Notes under the pieces: model-generated
The model's database searches: none
The model's input: only the letters and a program-made list of their open reading frames with translations
What the model was told of the DNA's origin: nothing
In this document: positions 48,541 to 60,599 of the stretch, one piece after another
How positions within the stretch are numbered: position 1 is the first letter of the stretch
Layout: each line of letters begins with the position of its first letter
Translations under genes and position numbers: made by a program
Assembly: GCA_047495785.1 (NCBI GenBank)
Contig: JBLDXI010000029.1
Span: 2,790,001-2,854,000, forward strand
DNA from: Lepidodermella squamata
Lineage: Eukaryota > Animalia > Gastrotricha
Direction: 5' to 3'
DNA length: 64,000 nucleotides

Positions 48541-49111
48541 GAAAATCATCAGGCGACCCCCAGTTTGAGAATCACTGGTTTGGGTAGTTTTGGTCTGCAA
48601 AGAAACCTCCAAAGAAAGCTTGTAAATGGTCACCAGTTTTTCATGATTCCTGCACCTTTATAACGCCTTCTAAACCTATGTTCAGCTTGAAAATGCCCAA
48701 AAAGCGTCAGCTAAAGCTCGCTTCGCTCGCAAATGAGATTTCAAGTTCTTCAACCTCGTTTTCTGGCATGAACTCTGTTAAAATCACACAAGTAGAAAAC
48801 ACCTCAGCTCTCGGATCCTACTTGAATGCACTCCGGCTGGATTTTCTCTTTTCCTTCGAGGATACGATTCCGGTCCCAGGTGATTTCATTTTGAGGAAGT
48901 AATTTAAAATAAATAAATAAAACTTAATCACACACACAAATGCCTTAAGGCATTTTTCTAACTTTTATTGTATAATTCACCGTGGTCAAGAACTAAATAA
49001 ATCTAATGGAAACATAATTCTTTAAGCTGAATGTATACAACTACGAATGCGCATGATCAGGTGTTTGATGACATAATCGGTAGATTCTTCTAGTCAGTGA
49101 AGCGTTGTTGC

Positions 49112-50174
49112 TTAGCTGGTGCCGGATCTGCACCTTTCGAAGGAAGCAAAGCCATACGCAGTGACTGTACCAACCGACTGAGTTCCAGTAGAATAACCGA
49201 GGGCTAGGCAACAAGCGGGGTAAGATCCGAAGGAGTAGGCGTTATATTTAGTACCCTGTTACAGCAATTCAATCATGAATAGTATTTTCACGTGGAAATA
49301 ACTCACCAGATTACTCTCGATTAATACATCAGTGCTCGACGAAGCGGTGTGCGGGAAGCGAACACAATTGCCAGTATAGGAAGAGGAACTATCGCCAGTG
49401 ACAATGTAAGGAGTGCTGGATGCAGCGCCGACGCAAACCTGCACACGAGCAGCAGTGCCAGTTTGTGCCAGCAGTTCGTAACGGATGTTAGTCGGTGTTG
49501 CGGTCGTGGATTGGCAGCACGAATCGAAAGTTGTGAAGGCAGCGGGTGGATTAGCGGCCGTCGCTGTGGTCAAAATTGAGTTGCAAGCTCCTCCGTTTGA
49601 CAGGCAAAACTTGATATTGGTCTGGGTTGCAGGACCGCCAACCTGGGTGCTTGCGATGTTGCATTGAATGAATGAGGGCTGCGTGAGAAATAATTGTACA
49701 TTAAGCCTTATTAGTCCACGATATTAGGTCGAGATAAACATATTAAAAAAATACTCAAGAAATGATTTCGCAAATTATGGGATTGGCTATGAGATGGGGT
49801 ACCCGGTTATAATCAAATCAACTCGCTTATAAAATTACCGTAGCCTGGCAAGTCTGGCCAGCTGTTGCGCACTGATTGGCGGTTTTAGCAACGCAATTAT
49901 TGGCTGAGGAGTCGCATGCATTAGCAGTCGATGTGCACGACTGACCGCTTGGACACGATGAGGAAGAGCCTCCAGATTTCGACACGCAACTGTTTGTTGT
50001 CGAATCGCATACGTTAGCCGATGCAACACACGAAGATCCAGAGCTGCACGGATTGCTTGTCGATAAACAAGACTGGCCACTAGGGCAAGTCGGGCTTGGT
50101 GTTGTGGTAGCCGCAGGGCAGGCAGTAGCAACAGCACAGACAGCGGCCAGGGAGGCAAGAACAAACAATTCCAT
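49112..50174 (-). CDS. Secreted Cys-rich family, copy D (3 exons, apparently intact)
   Basis: MELFVLASLAAVCAVATA-CP; exons ~50174-49838, ~49678-49307 and ~49255-49112; TATATAAA ~125 bp upstream; ends AYGFASFERCRSGTS*. Confidence 0.88.
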
Positions 50175-52506
50175 GAGTTTTATCGGAGCAAAATAATTTT
50201 GGAGAAACGTTGAAAACAGCGCAAAAGGTTTGCTGTAAGAACTTCTCTTGGAAAGATCTTGCTTGAAAAATGAATGTTATTCTCCAGTTTCGGCAGTTTA
50301 TATATGCACTGCCATGTCAATTTGGCTGCATTTACAGCGCCGCAACTAGCTTAGGTATGCTGATTCGACAGTAGGCATCCAGAAAGTTGCGGCCACATGA
50401 TCAATTACTGAAGTCACGGCCTCCTCTCAGTGCTTGGTGATGATACTCAACGTTTATTGCCAATTAATTTTTGATGCGCAGTTGCCTATAAGGCAAGTAT
50501 TACTGCTTTGGGTGTTTTTTTATGAACTTTGTTCTTTGTCAATGTGACCACAATTACGACGCCCAATGCGCAGCTAACCTAATAATTGTTCAGCTGCGAT
50601 TCGACAGCAGGCGTCAAGAAAGTTGCGGCCACATGACGAACCCGGCGTGTGGCTGGCACATGATCAATTGCAAAAGACGCCGGCCTCCTCTCAGTGCTTG
50701 GTGATGATACTCAACGTTTATTGTCATTAATTTTTAATGCGCAGTTGCCTATAAGGCATATGTATCTTCTGCTGTAGCGTAATTTTTTCACAAAAATAAC
50801 GAGTTTTTTGGTTACTTTCAAATGTCAAGAGGGAAACGTTTACGTGTTAGATAATTACCCAGTGATTCACGGACCTGGACATAAAATGGGTTATGAAATT
50901 TCTCTTAGATTCATCCGAGTTGGTAATTTTCCGACCTCATACGAAGGCTACTTATCCGCTGTTTTGGCAAAACTTGTCGCTTGTTTTGATTTCTTGGCTT
51001 TTTTGTCAACCATTTTTTAGGGGTTGGGCGAAGTACTGGGCGCAGCAAACTGGAGGATACCTTCCGTTGAAATAACGAATTCTGGCGCTTGATAACTGGG
51101 GAAGGAAGACGAAAAATTGAAAATACCTTATGATATTTTTATTCGTTATTTCGTTCCTTTTAGCACCGAGACTTAGTTTTTTAGCTCCGAGCTGATCACT
51201 TTTCTTTGAAGGTTTCCCCTTAAATTTTGCATCTTAAAACTCGCACCTTGCGGTGTTGCGCAAGATCGTTAGAAGAAGAAGCTATTTTCCGCCTAACGCA
51301 GCCTCATCGTCATGCATGATTAGGAAGGAAGGTTGGCAGAAAAGAACAGCGATACGCATGACACGTAACAGCTACCTATCCAACACTGGAAACAATTAGC
51401 CTATGCGGCGACTCAATTACAGCCGGAGCGCACAAACAATCACGTAATTTGATACGGCATTGTTATATCCAAACATATTAGACGTCACGCGAGTAGAGTG
51501 AGCTGGATGAAGCTTCTCTTCATAGAGAGAAACGGCGCTTCAAATGGAAAATAAACCTGGGCAAAAGTTACTACTGACATGTGTATACAAAGACGATTGA
51601 AACTATGCGTTTCGCATGATGAAAATAAAATAACAAACGGACTGAAGCAGCATCTGGAAAATGCCAAAATTCAATTGAAGTTGCTTTATTACCGTTCCGT
51701 TAGAGCAGAGAATCTCGCATGAGGCCCGAAAAACCACTTTATCAGATATTTTCGGGGCTGAAAATACCCTCACTCCTACACTTTGCTCATCGCTATTATA
51801 ATCTCTGCTGTATTCTTCACGCTCCATTATATAATGGCCTGACCTGTCGTACGGACATGTGTATCGCAGAGATTCATATGAAAATAATAGAAAACGTTCA
51901 GGCTATGCTTTCTAGAAAATCTGAATCCTTGTCACTTGGGCTATTTTAGATATTTTTTCATAATTTTTAGCAGCAGTTAAGCAGCAATTGCATTTGAAAC
52001 ATATATGTATCGATTAAATTGCTAACTCCCGCTGAAACTCCCGGTTGCGGTTTCTTCGCGACGCCGAAACAAAGCCGGCTAGAACATTCAGGTAAATTTT
52101 GAAATACTGCACTGTATATTTTTTTTAGATAAATTATTTCAAACGTTTATATTGCATAAATTGTTTATAATATTCTTGTATTTTTCGAAATTATTTTTCA
52201 AAAATTTTCAAACATGTCGTAGCAATTTGGGTGCATTTTCAAAGGGCTATTTCGACAAATTTCGCATTTTTTTACAGTTCCGCTCGGTGAAACCACAAAT
52301 TCCATCCCTCGATATTGCTCCACACCCCATTTCCCGCGCCAACACTAACATCGTCCGTTGATACTTGGGCTATTTTTGCCGATTTTGTGTCGCAAATGTC
52401 TTCTTTTGCCCATCCAAGTTAGTTTTTGCCTTAAAAAATCAACCTAATTTTTTTCATTTTCTTTGAATTTTTTAATAAATTTAAATTTTTTTAATTGTTT
52501 TTCTAG

Positions 52507-54501
52507 TATCTCGCGGTGCGGAGCTTGAAGCAAAACTGACACAATCCACCGTCGAAATTTAAGATTTGGAATTCAGGCTGGCCTCATCAGCTGCCGAAAT
52601 TGGTGCACTAAAGCAAGTCGTCTCAAACCTCGAGCGGGAGAATGCGGATTTTCGAGATAAGTGCGAAGCCTTCGACAAACAATTCGCAGAATTTCGAGCT
52701 CGCTATGAGTTAGAACGGCGTCGAACGATCAACAAAGTTAGAAATCTTCAGAAACGTGTGTCCAAGTACCGTCGCAAGGTGGCCAAAGCTGGAGAAACAC
52801 CGAAACCAGCCGTGATTCAACCACCTGAGAAGCCGAAACCTGTCATTCACCCCAAGCCGAGCGAATTCATCACCGACGCTGAGTGGCAGAAATTTTTCGA
52901 TGAACAACAAGAACTTCGCGGTAAAGATCCTATTAAGCACTACAGTTTTAGTGACGAATTTTTTGGCTACGCGATGGCGCTTCATTCACGAAGTCCCTCG
53001 GCTTACTACTATTTGTACGCTTCGAAAATGTTAATCTTGCCGTCCGAGCGTTATCTTCAGCGCCCTATACCCATTCCGATGTTGCTTACAAGTTACAAGC
53101 TTCTCAAGGAAGACGCCGAGATGAATAGCGACTTCCGAGATGAATAGCAAGAAAGGCCTCGTCATTTTGTCGTGCGATGAAGTTAGAAGTTAGCGTTTCG
53201 AAGGCCTTGAAATCCACTCCAAACCGAGACGGCCGAACCGTCGGAATGGCATTGGACGATCCGAATCAACGAGCTGAAAACAGGCTCAGCTTTATCGCGG
53301 CTTATGTTCAAGCTGGTTTGCAAGTCGACATCGCCAACTACATTTTAATTGATGTTCCCCATCTATTGAAATGTGCTCGAAATAATGTTCTGCACAAGCG
53401 GTTTATAATGACTAACGGCGACTGTTTCAGTTGGGACCTGATTCGATCGCTATTCGATTGGGAAAAATTGTTGCCATCTCTTCAATGACTGGTTTGATTG
53501 TTCGAACGTTCTACCTATGAACGGGCCAAGGAGAACAGAAATCCAGCCCTTGCGCCTTACACATCTGGTGACGACCCTCGTCTCGCTTGGCTGGAGACTG
53601 AGTTTGTTATTCGACTAACAGCATTGCAAGCTAAAAATCGCGAAAATAAACGCTTGATAACCCTGAATGACGGCAGCCAGCGAAATAACAGAACGGCATT
53701 CAACGAGGCCACCTTCAAGGGGTTCATTCTGACTTCGACCAATTTTCCTAATGTCGCCCGATTATGTCTTCAATTGAACGTTCAGTTTGTGATGGCTAAT
53801 CGATTTAACCAAGACGGTCTCGAGCAACTCTCGGCCAATTTCGTCAATGCGGAGGCGGAAAACTAACCCTTCAGTTTTTGAAATTTTGGCTTATGCGGCC
53901 AAGTTGCTAATTGCCAGCCCAGTTTTCGGCATTCCTGGTGGCTCTAATGTCCGAGTGAAAAAAACACATCGGCGGCATTCGTTTCAATACGACCATGCGA
54001 AAGCTGAAGAAGGAAGCACTCGCGAAAATCAAATCTGCTAATTTTCTCAAAGTGGGTCTTCCAGCCGACCTTGGACGTAATCCGCTGTCGTTGTCTTACA
54101 TGGCCGGTTTTATCACACGCCGCCATGGACTTGGCACAGACTCGGCTAACATCGAGCGGGACAAGTGGGTCGCCCAGTGCAGCCGCGGCGGTCTCGTTCA
54201 TCCGCATATCCATGTCGAGAGCATTTTGACCGCAATTAGCCATCCTGACAACGCAGGTCATATTCTCGATGATAATTTCGACGATTTAATGGTCGCGTAT
54301 CTGCCGCATTTCGATGAAACACGAGTTCGAGGTGCCGCGCAGTACGCTCGAATGCTGTTTCCGTCGCGCTCCGTCCGCTGCAACCGAGATCCCGAAGCGA
54401 TCGACGCGTTGCCGCTGCGAATGCGGCTTTACAACGCTACTGGCAGTTCTTCGTCTAGCTCGGCAAAGCCTACAGGGCGAGGGCGTGGCAAGAAGCAGTA
54501 G
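52507..54501 (+). mobile_element. Degenerate P-superfamily (THAP9-like) transposase
   Basis: 'RSPSAYYYL...LILPS.R.LQ', 'DVPHLLKCARNN' (D..H..K..RN), 'NRFNQDGLE', 'LSYMAGFI' and 'SRGGL..P'; multiple frameshifts and stops. Confidence 0.85.
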
Positions 54502-54593
54502 GTGGCGTTGAGTATATTACATTTTAGGCTGGGTTCGTAGTAGTGACATGTCTCATACATTGCTCGATATGACGTTAGGTTCATGGCCGGTTT

Positions 54594-54683
54594 GCGTGGT
54601 GGCTGGATAAGCTGGATGCAGCACAATGCCATTCGGGGTCTCCCGGTTCAAGGCGACTTGGGTTCGATTCCTTGCAACCGCAG
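54594..54683 (+). repeat. tRNA-derived pseudogene or SINE head
   Basis: Perfect B box GGTTCGATTCC (54661-54671) and A-box-like TGGATAAGCTGG (54604-54615); stems do not close properly. Confidence 0.45.
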
Positions 54684-54815
54684 CGGTGTTTTCTATTATC
54701 TTAGATAATATAGGCCGATGTGGTTGTCAAATTTTTCGAATTTTTACCGACATTTGACTTCAAAGCCATCTGCGGATGAATACGCAATGCCGAATACGAC
54801 CGAAAACCAGTGCCT

Positions 54816-55626
54816 TGATTTGAATCGGACTACATAGCAATATTCATCAAAATGCTGTGAGAATTCGGCTGCCTTTACCGAAGAAATCGTCCGAATGGCT
54901 TTGCACTTGATACCGGTGTCTCCGGTAGTAGGCCGAATCGCAATATTTATTAACTCAATTTATTATTTATTGTTTTTCACGTAGAACCCGAAACTATTCC
55001 CACCGATTCTGCCTGCTCGCGGCCAGCCTCAATGCGTTTATCAAGGCTGTCAAGACAAACAATTTGTTGCCTGCGTAGGGCCGCTGTTGTTCGAGTCGGC
55101 GTTGGCCAGTCCACATTAGCCATTGACAATGATACTTTAATCTTTATTCGTCCACTACAGCAATCTAATAAATAAAGCGATAATACAATTTGAGGGAATT
55201 AGATCGCTTTTGGCATGACGACCTTTAATGATCCAGTATAAAAATGACCTGTAAATGAGTGAATCCAAGCCCCACGGTCGAGGTTATCACAAGCGCAGTG
55301 ATTAGCCCGTATTTTTTTCAGCGAGCTGATAACTACGCCAATATCGGCTGTGAGTTGAACAGCGTGGCTTATTAAGCTGGTTCATTGAACAGCGAGGAAG
55401 AAGCAAGCAACTCTCGCAACAACGAGATTTATTTATTTATTTATTTATTTATTTATTGAGCATAATCCCATAGTTGAGAGCTCGACGTGGAAAAGGTGCA
55501 TTTCTAACGCGCAAAGCCCTTGCCAAATGACAGCAGAAGCATTAGTACTGCTGTGTTTTACATTAATTACTTGACCGAAGATTATACAACTTCTTACAAT
55601 ACACTGTTAAATTGGCGAATATTTAT
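54816..55626. repeat. ~800-bp block duplicated in direct orientation at ~63227-63990
   Basis: Colinear near-identity, e.g. aagccccacggtcgaggttatcacaagcgcagtgattagcccgtattt in both copies. Confidence 0.9.
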
Positions 55627-55794
55627 TATATTCTAAATGTAGAGCTAGACGTTATGCATCGGGCTGAGTAGAAACCATCAGCCATTGTATGAGTGGTTAT
55701 GGCTGTTGTTGGGGCTTGATCTTGAATGTTAGGCATGGGGATAAATGCGAAAGTTTGGTGGGAAAATATGCGAAGGATGGGTTTAGGTTAACTA

Positions 55795-55933
55795 CCCGTA
55801 TCAACAATTGTTCGTATTCCATGAGATGAAATATGCTAATGAGCACTTTTCATTGTTCAGGGCGTGATTTCACAATGAAAAGTGCTCATCAGCATATTTC
55901 ATCTTACGGAGACGAAATACTGTTGATACGGGT
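55795..55933. repeat. ~140-bp hairpin (small MITE-like palindrome)
   Basis: acccgtatcaaca...gatgaaatatgct.atgagcacttttcattg versus its reverse complement ending tgttgatacgggt. Confidence 0.85.
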
Positions 55934-55939
55934 TATGTT

Positions 55940-56280
55940 CTAGAGCAGAGTTAGGAACATGGTCAAGGCCACAGTTCTTATGAAATCTTAGGCAAGGGTT
56001 ATAGAGTTGTGACAGAAACTATGAGTAGATTTTTATAGGTTTAGGGATTACCTTTGGGTTAGAGTTTAATCTAGGGTTACGACCAGGGTGGGACATGTGT
56101 CGTATGGCTAAAGTTACTGCACCAAGAGTAAATGGGGTCAAGGTTAATATTTAGGTGGAGGCTAAGGTTGAAGTTAGGGTCAGGGTTGTGGGCAAGATTA
56201 TGGTTAGCGTTAGTTTAGGATTAGGTTAGAACTAAAACTGGGGTTGGGTCAGGATTAGTGTTAGGGTTAGGGTTAGGATT
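55940..56280 (+). repeat. Degenerate (TTAGGG)n-like tract
   Basis: gttagggttagggttagg at ~56260-56277 plus many 6-mer variants. Confidence 0.65.
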
Positions 56281-56299
56281 GGCAAGTTACAACTTTTGC

Positions 56300-57093
56300 T
56301 TAGCTTTATTTTCCATTCTATGCGCCGTTTTTCTCGGTGGAGAGAAGCCTCATCCCACTCACTTGCATGACGCTTATTATGTTTGGATATCACTATGCCG
56401 TATCGAAAATAGGTAGCTGTTACGTGCCATGCGTATCGTTGTTCGTTTCTGTCAACGAACCCATCTCATCATGGACGACGATGAGGCTGTTGCGTTTGTA
56501 CCTACTCTATAAGTGTACGGATGAATCCGAGAGAAATTTCATGACGCAGTTCATCTCCACGTCCATGTAGCCCTTGATCATCCCACTAATTCCTAACTCT
56601 TTGTTCTTGACATCTGAAAGTAAACAAAAGCTTTTTTCAAACGGGCGCCGACTATCACAAGTGATTTTTACGAAGTTTTTGTCATTTGAGACAATGCTCA
56701 CCATGCATCCTTAAAAATCATTCTAGAACGCTGAAAAGAGGTCTTTACAGTAACTTTTTGAGCGGCACATTTTGGTGAATTTTCCAGATTTTTATTTCAA
56801 GTCTAACTCGTCAGAAACTGGGACTAAATGACATAAAAAAAATTGCCAAATTTTTAGTTGAAAATGTGATTTTCGAAATCAAACCCTAGAAATGAGTTGA
56901 TAAACACTGCGATTCAATTTTTTTTATTTTTCGCTAATTGCCGGTTGCGGTTAGCTAACTGAGAAAAAATTGAGCTAATTGAGAAATGACATCCCATTAA
57001 AAATAACAAAAGCTTCGAGTACCATCACCATGCACTGAGACAAACCCGCCGTTCCTTGTAATTGACCATGTGGCTGCAACTTTCTTGGCGCCA
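56300..57093. repeat. Inverted copy of the upstream region of copies D/E, interrupted by a ~300-bp insert
   Basis: Reverse complement of ~58740-59232 and ~50630-51560, e.g. gagagaagcctcatcc and gacgatgaggctgttgcgt. Confidence 0.85.
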
Positions 57094-57405
57094 GCTTCCA
57101 AGATTTGGGACAACAGGTTTTTGTCCTGGTTTCCGGACATTTGATACTGCTGTATCCAGGTTGGCGACGTCCCGATCAGATTCGATATAATCGAAATAAA
57201 CTGAACCTCAAACACTGCCCAAAAGCATTTTTTCATGCTTTTATTAAATGATTTGGACCATTTTTCTACAGCTAATCCTAATTTTATGTTCAAGAACAAT
57301 AATCTAGAAACATTATTCTTAAAGCGACGCAATTGTTATCATGATAGAAGTCGATCGCTTCTTTCATCAAACTGACAGCAATCGGTTGGTTCTGTGTGTT
57401 GCTGC

Positions 57406-58505
57406 TTAGTTGGCGCCTGTGCACTTGTCGAAGTTAGAAACGCCATAGGCTGATGCTGTACCAACCGACTGAGCTCCAGGAGCATTGCCGAGGGCTAGGC
57501 AACAAGCATGGAAAGATTCGAAGCCGTAGATGCCACCTTTAGTTTTCTGTAACAGAATTTCAATCACGTGAATACGTGAATAGTATCTTCACGTGGGGAA
57601 ACAACTCACCAGAGTACCAGTCACCTGGACATTAGCGCCTGACGAAGCGGTGTGCGGGAAGCGAACGCATTCGCCTGCGCTGGCCTTGTATTCAACGCCA
57701 GTGACAATGTAAGGAGTGCTGGATTGAGCGCCCACGCATACCTGCACAGGGGCAGCAGTGGCAGATTGGGGCAGCCATTCGTATCGGATGTTGGCAAGTG
57801 TTTTCGTTGTGGCTTTGCAACACGCATCGAAAGTTGTGAAGCTAGTAGGTACTTCACCAACGGGACCTGCATTGGTCAAAATTGAGTCGCAAGCTCCTCC
57901 GTTGGACATGCAAAAAAAGACATTATCCTTGGTTGCAGGATAGTCGACTTGCGTATATGGGATGTTGCAAAGAACGAATGATGGCTGCGAGAAAATAATT
58001 ACACATTAGGTATAGTTAATGAGTCCAATTAATCAATTTTAGTGTGGACTGGGTCGATATAAACGTATTCAATATTTAATCCTTTTAAATTTGGTTTCTG
58101 AAATGTTAATTCAGCGTATTTAACAAAAAGACCCAAACTAACAGCGCTTGTGCAGGCTTGCCCAGTCGGGCATTGAGTTGCCGTTTTCAAAATGCAATTT
58201 TTCGAAGTGGCGTCGCATATATTTGCTGCCGGTGTGCATGACTGGCCGCTTGGACACGAGGATGCAGATTTCGGCACGCAATTGTTTGCAGTCGAATCGC
58301 ATACGTTAGCCGATGCCACACACGAAGATCCAGAGCTACACTGACTGCTTGCCGATAAACAAGACTGGCCATTTGGGCACGGATTGCTTGTCGATAAACA
58401 AGAGTGGCCACTAGGGCAAGTCGGGCTTGGTGTTGTGGTCGCTGCAGGGCAGGCAGCGGCAACAGAACAGACAGTGGCCAGGATGGCAAGAACAAACGAT
58501 TCCAT
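57406..58505 (-). CDS. Secreted Cys-rich family, copy E (3 exons, apparently intact)
   Basis: MESFVLAILATVCSVAAA-CP; exons ~58505-58143, ~57984-57610 and ~57546-57406; TATATAAA ~130 bp upstream; ends AYGVSNFDKCTGAN*. Confidence 0.88.
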
Positions 58506-60599
58506 GAGTTGTATCGGAGCAAAATGATTCTGGAGAATCGTAGAAAACAGCGCAATAAAGTTTGCTGTATGAACTTTTCTGACAGGTTTGGAAGTTCTTC
58601 CTTGAAAATGTCTGATATTCTCAGTTTTGCCTGTTTATATACACTTCGCCAATTTTTTTTGAACTTTGTTCTTTGTCAATGTGGCCGCGATTACGGCGCC
58701 ACATGTGTAGCTAGCCTAATTGTTCAACTGGTTCGACCGCAGGCGTCAAGAAAGTTGCGTCCACAGGATCAATTGCAAGGGACGCCGGGTTCGTCTCAGT
58801 GCATGGCGATGGTACTCGAAGCTTGCGTCATTTTTATACAAAAAATGGCAAGTTTTTTGTTCACTTTCAGATGTCAAGAACGAAACGTTTAAGAATTAGT
58901 GAGAAGATAATTACCAAGGGTTCCATGGATGTGGAGATGAACTACGTTATGAAATTTCTCTCGGATTCATCCGGACGCTTATAGACTACCTTCGCCGTAC
59001 GCAACAGCCTCATCGTCATCCATGATGAGGTGGGTTGGTTGAGAGAAATGAACGCATGCGACGTAACAGCTATTAAACACTGGAACCATGCGGCGACTCA
59101 ATTACAGCCGGAGCGCGCAAACAACACAAACAATTTGATACGTCGTGGTGATATCCGAACATAATAAACGTGAGTTGGATGAGGCTTCTCTCCGCCGAGA
59201 AAAACGGCGAATAAAATGGAAAATAAAGCTGAGCAAAAGTTACAAATGACGTGTATACAAAGCCCATTGAAACTATCTGTTTTGCAGCAAAAAAATTGGA
59301 TGATGAAAATAGAATAAAATAACAAATGGACTAACGCAGCGTCTAGAAAATGCCGAAACTCAACTGAATTTAGAAGCTTGATGTTGCTTGTCTCTGAAAG
59401 CACAGCGGATGCTTTCTCTGAAAGTCAGTGTTTCGCCTCCAAGGCACAGCGCGTGAGTAACTGATCAGTACACGTAAGTACCGTAAATTCTCAAATACAA
59501 GTCCAGGCGGTCTACAAAGAACATCTTCTCTTGTGCTAGTTTAGACAATTGTAAATACTGTTATGAATTTCTTGCGCAACATGGCGATGGAACATATCTA
59601 TGCTGCTAAAGCTGACTGATTTTAAACGAAACGAGACAAGAAACAAATCTAACACCGCTCGAACTTTGCTAAATGGTTAAGAATTGATAGATTCGGTACA
59701 TAACCGCTGTTTCAAAGACAAAAGAAAGAACTACTTAATCGACTTCATTCCTCGAGGTAAGTACCATTTACAATCCACTATACTAACCACTAGTTTCACT
59801 CCCTTCACTCCTTTCACTCCACTAGTTTCACTGTAACAGAGCAATTGCTGCTCAGTCTTGATCTCATCAAAATAAGTAAAACCATAGTGAAAACGAGGTT
59901 TTTGTATCGTAACAACGGTTGGGTTGCCCACCTCAAATCTTATACCACGTGAAAGAGCAGCTCGCGTTCTATGGGCATGCAAAATTTGGTAAAAAACGGA
60001 GATATCCGTTTTGAGAAAGTCAACTTTGAATTAAAATGAAGATTTAGAAATTTTAGCTTGAGCACTTACTCTGGTCATTTTTTTCTCTATCCCTCAGCCT
60101 TTCAGTGCGAAACATCAAACATCAGTCAGATGTCAGATTTCAGATTCAATCCGCTTTTGCATCATTTCCGTTTGTATCTTATTATTTTAGCCTTTTTTGT
60201 TGAGAATACTTTTGGTTAGTTATTCGTTGAGTATAGTAAATTTTTTTTAGATAGCTGTTTGCTTTAACTTCTAAGCGAGCTGTCCAGATCTAGTCGAGAC
60301 ATCTGTTCCACCCCGCGGAGCACCAGGTTGTTCAAATCCACCCCAGCCAGCAGACCGCGCGGTCGTCCTCGAATTCATCCCGCACCACAGCCTGCTGCTA
60401 CATGTCCTGCGCCGAGACAAGCTCAGGCTAACTACATCCCAACACCACCCTTTCTTGCAGGATAATAGCGTTGAAGGATCTCCTAATCATTTTGCCACCG
60501 CGATTAATCGTATGTTTTTACTTGAAACCTTTTCATGTGATAGCGATTATTTGATTATCAGTAGTGAGATTAACGACAACTGCGCTTAGGCCAAATTAC

